Of a stretch of DNA of 64,000 nt, positions 20,548-28,291 are shown piece after piece. The notes under the pieces are model-generated. The model was not told the DNA's origin and did no database searches. It saw nothing but the letters and a program-made list of their open reading frames with translations. A program made the position numbers and the translations under genes. The stretch comes from Candidatus Daviesbacteria bacterium (GTDB taxonomy: Bacteria; Patescibacteriota; Microgenomatia; Daviesbacterales; UBA10151), in the NCBI GenBank assembly GCA_016186955.1, contig JACPKP010000004.1, positions 5,942-69,941 on the forward strand, written 5' to 3'. Every line of letters begins with the position of its first letter. The stretch's first letter is position 1.

Positions 20548-20764
20548 TTCCTCCTCCAGAATCCGTTCGTGACTCCGCTAAATCAAGGTGCACCCGGGTT
20601 TCCCCGGAAATACAAAGGAAACAAAGCCCAGGTTGCAATCAGCCCACCCTTGTTTCTAATGTAATACGTATTATATCAGAATATGTCAAGAAACACAAAC
20701 TATAGGATTTTAGTTTTACATTGCGTTGAAAGAAAAGGGTGGAATTGTTACAATACTACCACTT

Positions 20765-20824
20765 GGGACCGTAGTGAACTGGTTATCACGGTCCGATGGA
20801 CATCGGACAGATAGCGGGTTGATT
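20765..20824 (+). pseudogene. Truncated tRNA-Asp copy with the anticodon arm replaced by a palindrome
   Basis: First 26 nt identical to tRNA-Asp, then GTCCGATGGACATCGGAC, then AGATAGCGGGTT; no 3' acceptor strand. Confidence 0.85.
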
Positions 20825-20840
20825 GGTTACCAGGTGAAAT

Positions 20841-21104
20841 ATGGGAATAGTTTATATTTTAAGATCGTTAGTAAACGGAAGGTTTTACATTGGGTCGACG
20901 AATGATTTAGAAAGGAGATTTGGAGAACATAATTTAGGAAAATCAAAAGCGACAAAATTTACAGCGCCGTTTGAATTAGTCTTTAGACAGGAATATGATT
21001 CGTTAAACAAAGCCAGACGAGTTGAAAATAAGTTAAAAAAATTTAAGAGCAAGATAATTTTAGAAAAGATAATAAATGATAGTTTTATAACTTTGGGACC
21101 GTAG
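20841..21104 (+). CDS. Stand-alone GIY-YIG nuclease; last codons overlap tRNA-Asp
   Basis: VYILRS..FYIGSTNDLERRFGEHN..ENKLKK. Confidence 0.9.
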   Translation: MGIVYILRSLVNGRFYIGSTNDLERRFGEHNLGKSKATKFTAPFELVFRQEYDSLNKARRVENKLKKFKSKIILEKIINDSFITLGP

Positions 21105-21167
21105 TGAACTGGTTATCACGTCTCCCTGTCACGGAGAAGATAGCGGGTTCGATTCCCGTCGGTCCCG
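21095..21167 (+). tRNA. tRNA-Asp(GTC)
   Basis: GGGACCG/CGGTCCC acceptor, TCTCC-CTGTCAC-GGAGA, GTTCGATTC. Confidence 0.94.
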
Positions 21168-21291
21168 CCTAGGCACTAAATTTTAATATTTCAGTCAGTT
21201 TTCCTGAAATTTGAAGTTAATAGTGTTCGAATTACATCAAGCGAATATTTAGTAAAATTCTGCAGAAATTAACTTTATTTTTAGTAAAAAG

Positions 21292-21558
21292 TTAATAATC
21301 TTCAACTGTTCTTATTCTTCCATCAGCTCTATGTATATATACGGATGTACCTTGGTTTTGAGCAATTGATTTAGCTCGATCTATAGCTGCCTTTTGAGTT
21401 TTAAAAATATCACTTGCTCTTTCTGCTCCACCACGAATTACTACCCATGAATTATCTTTATGTATAACATGGTGGTTTTGTTTACCTCTCTCGACAGCTT
21501 GTTTATAAGCCCTTATCTGAGGATTATTTTGATTTGTCTTATATATAACTTTTTTCAT
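21292..21558 (-). CDS. DUF2188-like protein
   Basis: HHVIH..WVV..GAERASDIFKTQKAAIDRAK..IHRADGRI. Confidence 0.75.
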   Translation of the reverse strand: MKKVIYKTNQNNPQIRAYKQAVERGKQNHHVIHKDNSWVVIRGGAERASDIFKTQKAAIDRAKSIAQNQGTSVYIHRADGRIRTVEDY

Positions 21559-21559
21559 A

Positions 21560-22162
21560 TTAAAATTTAGACTGAACAAATGAAATTATATCATTTTCTG
21601 ACATTTGAATTTTATTTAAATAAGCAATGAATTCTGTTCTGTTCCCAAATTCAATCTTGGCAAACTGCATTGTTTGGTTCTCCGTATAAGAACTTTCTAC
21701 AATGTTTATTGCTATTTGAGGATATTTTAGAGTAATCCACAATAACGTTTTTCTAGCACCAGAATGAGTTTTGTAAAAGTGAGAATCTTTAAATTTTCTA
21801 TCACGACTTAAAAAAGCAATAAATGCTCTTTTAAGATCATCAGGTATAATAGCATAAATGATAGGCTTTTTCTTTAATTTAAAAACTTCATTTAATTTAA
21901 TTCTTGCACCTTCCTCTGTAGAAAGCGTTGCATCAAATACAATACTTTTTTTACGGCTTAGTTGTGATGATAAAAACTCTGTTTTTCCAGATGCTGCGCC
22001 ACCATTTAAGAAGATTATGTTGTTGAACTTATGCTTTTTTAATTCTTCATAAAACAACTTATCTGCTTGTTTTGCTGACGCTGTATGGAATAACTCAGCC
22101 TTCTTGGGTAAATAACCAAACATAGTTTTCTTGATTTCATCTGCTGAAATGATAACGACCAT
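21560..22162 (-). CDS. P-loop NTPase (zeta-toxin-like, possibly permuted)
   Basis: ISADEIKK at N-terminus, GGAASGKT, VFDATL. Confidence 0.55.
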   Translation of the reverse strand: MVVIISADEIKKTMFGYLPKKAELFHTASAKQADKLFYEELKKHKFNNIIFLNGGAASGKTEFLSSQLSRKKSIVFDATLSTEEGARIKLNEVFKLKKKPIIYAIIPDDLKRAFIAFLSRDRKFKDSHFYKTHSGARKTLLWITLKYPQIAINIVESSYTENQTMQFAKIEFGNRTEFIAYLNKIQMSENDIISFVQSKF

Positions 22163-22361
22163 ATGTTAGTGAGTGAAATATAGCATAAAATATACTAAAG
22201 GAAGATCATTAGATTTGAATTACCATTTGTTACAAAGTTTTATGCTGATAAATTAAGCTGGAATATAGGTGTTCCAAATTTAAGCCTTCAAGCCCGCATA
22301 GGCTCGACAAGTTAATATTTACCAATTTTTAGTGAATTTTGAAGCTAAAAGTGTTCAAATC

Positions 22362-23094
22362 CTATTTAACGACAATTGAGTCGCCTGGGGAGATTATATA
22401 ATCTGCTGGTCTACGTGGGGATCTAAACTCTACCATGAAATCAGATTTCTGGTCACCTGATTTTATTAAATCTTGAATTAATTTCTCCTCGTCAAGAATA
22501 GAAAAATTATTATCCCCACCAAAATACCGAGCACAACTTGATTGATAACCTAAATCTTCAAGCATATTATTGGCTCTATCTTTAGCAGGGTAGTACCCAG
22601 AATGAGAACCCCCACAAAAAACTACCACTTTCGAATTTTGATCATTCTCCAATCTATCTCTAATAATTTCTGTCCATTGTCTATTCCTTTTACCAAATGT
22701 AGCTGACTGACTAGAGGCTAGGTATTCCTCGTTAGAAATATCCAATCCGTGTATATTCATCCCTAATGATTTAGCTAAAGAGTAAATTTCAAAATATTTA
22801 TCTCCCATACTAGGATCTTTATCATTCCAATGATCCTGTAAATATTGCCTTACTTTTTCTGAATCTGTAGTATCAAATCCCTTTGGTAACATTTCTAAAG
22901 CAAGATCTGTTACCCCCCCCCTCGGCCAATCTCTCTAGAGCACCTTTGAAGGCTTCTTTATCTGTAAAAGAGGTATGGCTATCGTTGATGAACAAAACTC
23001 TATTATTTCCAAGAATTTTACCATAATCAACTGGTTCTGGGTCACCAACTTCTTTTGTGCCTAATCCCAGTTTCACCTCATCATCCATATTCAA
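22362..23094 (-). pseudogene. ChaN/EreA-like protein split by a frameshift in a G9 tract
   Basis: VLFINDSH in frame 1, TDLALEM...VVVFCGGSH in frame 2; removing one G joins them. Confidence 0.65.
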
Positions 23095-23256
23095 ACTATA
23101 CCATAATCTGATCCTACATTTATTTGTTGCAAAGTTTTGTACTGATATAATAAACTTTGATATAGGTGTTCAAAATTTTTACCTTTGAGCCCGCTAGACT
23201 AACTGTGGGTGTCTTATAGTTGACTTCTGGGATCAATTTATGTTAGGATTGCTTTT

Positions 23257-23640
23257 ATGAAAGAGTATGTAAGACATCCTTTAGGCTCTCCATCTGGTGA
23301 ACCATTTGATGACAGAACTCAGGTTGAGCTGGAAGAAAAACCTACTCAACTAATGATGGCGACACACAATAACGTCGGCTTAGATGTGAGCAATCTATTA
23401 CAAACATTAGGTTTTGTGCAGGTTGAAGGAGAATCGGCAGGTGATTTGTTTTTAAGGAACACCCCAAAGAAAATTTTTAGTAGGGATTGGGCTATTTCTT
23501 ATCAAAAGGCAGAAAAGGGAGAAAAACGGGATCTTAACATTTTTACAATTTATCTCAATCATGGATCAGAGGTAGGTTATATGGATTTTCTGAGACAGAT
23601 TACAAACAGACAAGGTAGATACTGTGTTTTCTTCCCCTAA
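23257..23640 (+). CDS. Hypothetical protein
   Basis: 127-aa ORF right after a TTGACT-17-TAGGAT promoter. Confidence 0.55.
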   Translation: MKEYVRHPLGSPSGEPFDDRTQVELEEKPTQLMMATHNNVGLDVSNLLQTLGFVQVEGESAGDLFLRNTPKKIFSRDWAISYQKAEKGEKRDLNIFTIYLNHGSEVGYMDFLRQITNRQGRYCVFFP

Positions 23641-23876
23641 ATACAATTGGATTGCTTGAGACTCAACTCAAACGGGTGCCCTTTTCATGGGTAAAAAATT
23701 TCAAACTCTGCAAAGTTTTATACTGCTCCACTAAACTCTTATAAAGGTGTTCTAAATTTAAACTCTCAAGCCCCTCAATATTTTACGTTGCAAAAAATTA
23801 AAGAATATGGTATATTATTGTCATAAACGCCTCAGCTTGTGCGAAAGCCCGCTGAGGTTTTTTGTAATATTTGTTT

Positions 23877-24461
23877 ATGTCTAAGTGCATACTATTTATT
23901 GATGGCGAGAATTTTATACATAAAATTGAAGAGGTTTTAAAACAAGAGGGTATAAATAATAACAAAAAAGATTTAGCCTTAATAAACCTAAATAAACTTT
24001 TTAAAGAAGCATTGCAAGGCTTTGATTTTTCCAGAAAGATATTTTATGCCGCCAGACTTCACTTACACCCGGATACTAAAAAGAAATCAGAAGAACTTAT
24101 CAAACTCCAGCGCAAACTGCGCAACAATCTTATAAATCAGGGGTATGAATTCATTATCGCTGGGAATGTTAGAGCTCAAAAGGTGGGGAAGAGTGTGGTT
24201 TTCAGAGAAAAAGGTGTGGATGTAAAAATTGGTGTTGATATGACCTCGCTGGCTTGTGATAAAAAAATTGAAACTGCTATTCTTTGCAGTTCGGACTCAG
24301 ATTTACAACCTGCAATTACAGAACTTAAAGAAAGAGGTATAAAAGTAATCTATTTAGGTTTTGAAAACAATCCCAATAAAGGACTTACCTTTACCACAAA
24401 CAGAACAATCCTGTTAAGAAACTCTGAAGTAATTGAGGCTTGTCAAAACAGAAAAGATTAA
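23877..24461 (+). CDS. NYN/LabA-like PIN-fold nuclease
   Basis: FIDGEN, EKGVDVKI, SSDSDLQP. Confidence 0.9.
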   Translation: MSKCILFIDGENFIHKIEEVLKQEGINNNKKDLALINLNKLFKEALQGFDFSRKIFYAARLHLHPDTKKKSEELIKLQRKLRNNLINQGYEFIIAGNVRAQKVGKSVVFREKGVDVKIGVDMTSLACDKKIETAILCSSDSDLQPAITELKERGIKVIYLGFENNPNKGLTFTTNRTILLRNSEVIEACQNRKD

Positions 24462-24763
24462 ACTACACATAACTGTTGTAAAGCTCTATACTGTTCAACT
24501 CAACCCTGATACAAGTATTCCAGATTTGAACCCTCAAGCCCGCAATAAACCTATAGTTGCATTTTTATTTAAAATCTGTTACTATGCCTTGACTAAAGAA
24601 TGAGCTCAGATTAATTGTTATCCAAAGTTTATTTCTTTTGTTTTAATTCTCTTGCACTTTTAAATAACCTCTTAATACTACTGTGCAATTAGTGCATCTT
24701 AATTTTTGGTGTATTAATTGTGCAGTAGTACTGCATAAAATAATTTGTGCTAAGGAGGAACTG

Positions 24764-25546
24764 GTGAGAAAGGATCTTAAGTTTGAGGTATCCGAAGGAT
24801 TGACATTGTCGCTTGAAGATCTTTGGGCGAAAGTGTCTATCCGAACTAGCCCAAAGGGAATTGCAACAGTGGTTCTTGAGGGCGAAGAGAAGTTTATTAA
24901 CCAGGTGAAAGTGGAGCACCCAAACCCCTCTGAACTAACTCTCAAGGGTGAACAGGGTGGCAACACTGTCATTATGGGAGGCGGTTCCTCTATCGTCCTA
25001 GGAGGCCGGGGCAATGTTGTGATCGGCGGAAATATCCGAGGCAGTGTGATCTCATCGGGTAATCTCGTCATCATCAACGGCCGAGTGGTCTCTGGTGGCA
25101 AGGACGTGACTGTAACTTTGGGCGATGAAATGCTCAAGATTAAGATCACAGTCCCGGAAGGTACTGATCTCTCCAGCCATAGTGTTGAGGAACTCGATTC
25201 CAATGGACTTCGAGGAAAACTCTCACTTTCATTAAGCGGCCAGCAGCAAGCTGTTGTTGGTTTTGCCAAGAAGGTTAGGGTTTCCTGCAGCGGTCAGTCT
25301 GAGATTCAAGTTACCGAAGCTAGCGGAGATTTGAATGTCTCCACTAGCGGACAATCTTCTGTTGCCATCACAGGCAGCTTTGAAGATGTTGAGACTCACA
25401 GCAGTGGCCAAAGTCACATTGGAATCAACGGCAATTGCCGTAATTTCGAAGGTGACTCATCTGGCCAAAGCTCAATTTCGGTTTTGGGATCTGTCTCTGG
25501 CCGTGTGCGAAAGCACTCAAGCGGTCAAAGCAATATCCGAGTTTAG
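24764..25546 (+). CDS. Beta-solenoid adhesin-like protein (DUF2807/GIN-like SG repeats)
   Basis: Repeated SGQS motifs every ~19-20 aa; GTG start after AAGGAGG. Confidence 0.65.
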   Translation: MRKDLKFEVSEGLTLSLEDLWAKVSIRTSPKGIATVVLEGEEKFINQVKVEHPNPSELTLKGEQGGNTVIMGGGSSIVLGGRGNVVIGGNIRGSVISSGNLVIINGRVVSGGKDVTVTLGDEMLKIKITVPEGTDLSSHSVEELDSNGLRGKLSLSLSGQQQAVVGFAKKVRVSCSGQSEIQVTEASGDLNVSTSGQSSVAITGSFEDVETHSSGQSHIGINGNCRNFEGDSSGQSSISVLGSVSGRVRKHSSGQSNIRV

Positions 25547-25567
25547 TTGAGAGTTCGGCAAGAGAAA

Positions 25568-25607
25568 CCGCCCTAAGGGTTATAAACCCAAGGGGCGGAT
25601 TTTTTTG
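25568..25607 (+). terminator. Intrinsic terminator
   Basis: CCGCCC..GGGCGG stem followed by T run. Confidence 0.75.
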
Positions 25608-25767
25608 TATATTTAAATATTGTTTAAAATGTAATTTGGGTACGCGTCCATTAAGGTATTTAATAGAGCTAATGATTCATATAAACCTACATTGCTCCCG
25701 CCTTCGTCTCGCTGAAGCTCGACTACGGCGAGGTAAACCCGTAAGTAGTCGAGCGTAAGCGGAAAGT

Positions 25768-25911
25768 ATGAATTATGTGTATTTCTTGTTATGTTGGGAT
25801 GGAAAAATCTATACTGGTTCAACTAATAACTTATCCTTTGAACTTGAAAAATATTTTAAATCAGGTTCAGGAAGAGCATTTATGAAAAAACATAAACTGG
25901 TTGATCCTTAA
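25768..25911 (+). pseudogene. Internally deleted GIY-YIG nuclease (47 aa)
   Basis: MNYVYFLLCWDGKIYTGSTNNLS fused directly to FELEKYFKSGSGRAFMKKH; palindromic elements on both sides. Confidence 0.75.
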
Positions 25912-26198
25912 AAATTTGCTATATTTTCCCCGTTTAACCCTGAGCCTGTCGAAGGGTCGATCCCGTATTAATCCTATAACTTGACTTTGGGTTTAAATTT
26001 GTTAAAATAATCCCACTTTAGAAATAAACCCAGATTAATTGTTATCTTGTTTTTGTTTCTTTTGTATGTTTTTTGCACATTAATTTTAGAATTTCAAATC
26101 CAATCCTTAAGCAAAGGTTTAAAGCAGGTAAAATAGCTTACCTTTTTTAAGTCTTTGCTTAGGTGGAAGCGGAGATAATAAACCGGAGAGTTACGTAA

Positions 26199-26612
26199 AT
26201 GACACATGCAGTGAGCGAAGTGTCTACTGAACAGTGCCTGCACTGGAAGGAAGAGGTGGCATTTATTGCCTCCATCAACCCATCCTTTTTGCGGGATGCA
26301 TGGCTAAACGCCATGGGTGGGCTAAACCCAGAGTACAATCTTCTTGAGATGCTTCTAAAGCCTCTCGAGGGACAACTCTGGTGGCATCTGACCCGCCATC
26401 CTCAGAAATGCAAATACCAAATGATCAAGCTTCTCGAGGAAAGGTTGGATCAGTTCCGTAACTGCCATTACTGGAGGAAACTCCTAGAAATAGCTGTGAC
26501 TCCAGGGATGGAACGGAGTGATTCTCATTTGAAGGATTGTGTGTTTTGTCAGAGGGACCTGCGGCAGATGAAGCCGAAGCTCCCTTACTACAAAGAGTTC
26601 TATAAACGCTAA
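26199..26612 (+). CDS. Hypothetical protein (GC-rich, C-terminal HxxxCxxC)
   Basis: GGAG SD; terminator AAGGGCGGT..ACCGCCCTTTTT at 26662-26692. Confidence 0.65.
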   Translation: MTHAVSEVSTEQCLHWKEEVAFIASINPSFLRDAWLNAMGGLNPEYNLLEMLLKPLEGQLWWHLTRHPQKCKYQMIKLLEERLDQFRNCHYWRKLLEIAVTPGMERSDSHLKDCVFCQRDLRQMKPKLPYYKEFYKR

Positions 26613-26820
26613 GCTAATGGGGACCACCTTCCCCCGAATGCTTAGTTCTAAGTGCTCATTCAAGGGCGGTTCTATATGGACCGCCCTTTTTATATCCCAA
26701 AACCTTGTAGGGTTTTATATTGAATCTTCAAACTCTTATAAAGGTGTTCCAGATTTGAACCCTCAAGCCCGCAAATAACTATAAGTTGACCCTTAAAGCA
26801 AGAAGTGTTATTATTGGTTC

Positions 26821-27750
26821 ATGGCTATTGATGTTGAACCTAAAGATCTTGGAAAAGTTATCCAGCTTGTTGCCAAAAGCGATGGTTGGAAAAGACAAGA
26901 AACAAGATTTAGTATAGATAGAACAGTTCTAATTACAGGCAATCCTAGCCCTGAAATCACTCATCAAACACCTGCTGAACTAATACAACCCTTAAGAGCA
27001 GCTTGGCTTACTACGAAAGATAAAAGACCTAATGATTTTAATGGTCCAAAAGTTGCTGTTAGGAGACTCGCTGTTGTTGATGGTATCTTGCAAACAGATG
27101 CTGTTGAAACTGATTACTTTACTTTATGGGGATTACCACAAGCCGAAGAATCAAAGTCCTATTTTATGGAACATGAGCAACAGGTAGTTATCAATAGATC
27201 TTTCTTCCCGAATGCTTTATATGAAACTAATATTCCTTGGGGTATTTGTACACATAATACTCTGCTTGATGCAAATGGAGATATACTGTTTGTCATTCGT
27301 TCCATGTCTCAAGGATTTAATCAGGGAAGAGTCTCTGTTACTGAAGAGGAACAAATGGAGCCAGATGATTCTAGCCCTTTTTTTGCTTCACATAGAAGTT
27401 TTACCGAGGAGTTAGGTTTATTTGTTCCAGAACGAAGAATCTCTTTAGTTGGAGTAGCTGTGGAAAAAGGGGCTGCTTATCCAGCATATCATTATATTGC
27501 CGAAACAGATACATTGGCAAAAAACATTGTTGATAGTTGGAGGCAGGCGAGGGACTATAATGAACACACAGCGCTTTTTGTTGTACCTATGACACAAATT
27601 GATAATTGGATGAATTCAGATGATATAAACCCAGAAATATGGCAAGCACATTTCTTAGCAGGCAATATTGCTCCTGATGCAAAATTGAGGCTGCATAATA
27701 CTTCTGCCTGGAGATTAGAATTAGCAAGAAGATTTACTCAATCTGTATAA
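26821..27750 (+). CDS. Nudix-fold-like hypothetical protein
   Basis: EEQMEPDD..ASHRSFTEELGL resembles a degenerate Nudix box. Confidence 0.55.
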   Translation: MAIDVEPKDLGKVIQLVAKSDGWKRQETRFSIDRTVLITGNPSPEITHQTPAELIQPLRAAWLTTKDKRPNDFNGPKVAVRRLAVVDGILQTDAVETDYFTLWGLPQAEESKSYFMEHEQQVVINRSFFPNALYETNIPWGICTHNTLLDANGDILFVIRSMSQGFNQGRVSVTEEEQMEPDDSSPFFASHRSFTEELGLFVPERRISLVGVAVEKGAAYPAYHYIAETDTLAKNIVDSWRQARDYNEHTALFVVPMTQIDNWMNSDDINPEIWQAHFLAGNIAPDAKLRLHNTSAWRLELARRFTQSV

Positions 27751-27910
27751 TAATTAACATTTGATCCTTGTAAAATTTGATATTGTTAGACCAAACTTTT
27801 TAATCTTATAGCGTATAGTTGATTTTTTAAGGGGTTTTTGCTACAATTTTCCAGTTTCTTTTGAAACAGCACATTAAGGCTGGAATAGCCACAGAAGCAA
27901 GGAGGATACC

Positions 27911-28207
27911 GTGGAGGTTCTGTTAGCAGGAGCCGCCATTTGGGCGGTTTGTGGGGCGCTGGCGTATGGCTTAACGCTAGCTTACTTTCAAATGAAGTAC
28001 CCGGCGATAGCCTACCCGTGGCGTCATGCGGATACTTTGGTTGCATTATTGGTAGCAGTTTTTGGTCCGTTTGGACTCATAGTTACATTATTAAGCAGTG
28101 AGGGCTGCAGGTATGGCCTGCGGTATAAGCCTCTTTCCGATAAGGAAAGCTGGGCAGCTTTCCAGAAGAAGTACCCAGGGTTGTCAAAGGAGGATTGGTT
28201 GCGCTAG
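27911..28207 (+). CDS. Small membrane protein
   Basis: AAGGAGG SD, two TM segments, terminator 28221-28250. Confidence 0.65.
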   Translation: MEVLLAGAAIWAVCGALAYGLTLAYFQMKYPAIAYPWRHADTLVALLVAVFGPFGLIVTLLSSEGCRYGLRYKPLSDKESWAAFQKKYPGLSKEDWLR

Positions 28208-28291
28208 TTCCGGCAAGTGCAGGGCGGCCCGTTACGGGCCGCCCTTTTTCATGCGTAAAAGTGTAAAACAGATCTGTGTTAAAATAATTCC

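Larger units (their letters stand above)
22230..26772. repeat. Five 68-bp direct repeats (22230-22297, 23127-23194, 23708-23775, 24476-24543, 26705-26772)
   Basis: Consensus TTGCAAAGTTTTATACTG-N-ATAAAGGTGTTCCAAATTT-N-TCAAGCCCGC; no indels between copies. Confidence 0.9.

Noticed and set aside
20265-20705. RNase P RNA or tmRNA in the GC-rich patch; listed ORFs 20265-20705, 20392-20664, 20435-20638
   Set aside because: No GAGGAAAGTCC or tmRNA-type ends found; a minus-strand ORF with a strong SD explains the region better.
20765-21167. Intron-containing tRNA with a homing endonuclease
   Set aside because: The downstream tRNA is complete by itself and the upstream part duplicates its 5' half; no group I core was recognised.
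22230-26772. CRISPR array or classical integron attC sites
   Set aside because: Repeats are 68 bp, divergent and separated by whole genes. No cas or intI gene and no RYYYAAC/GTTRRRY box pairs were seen.
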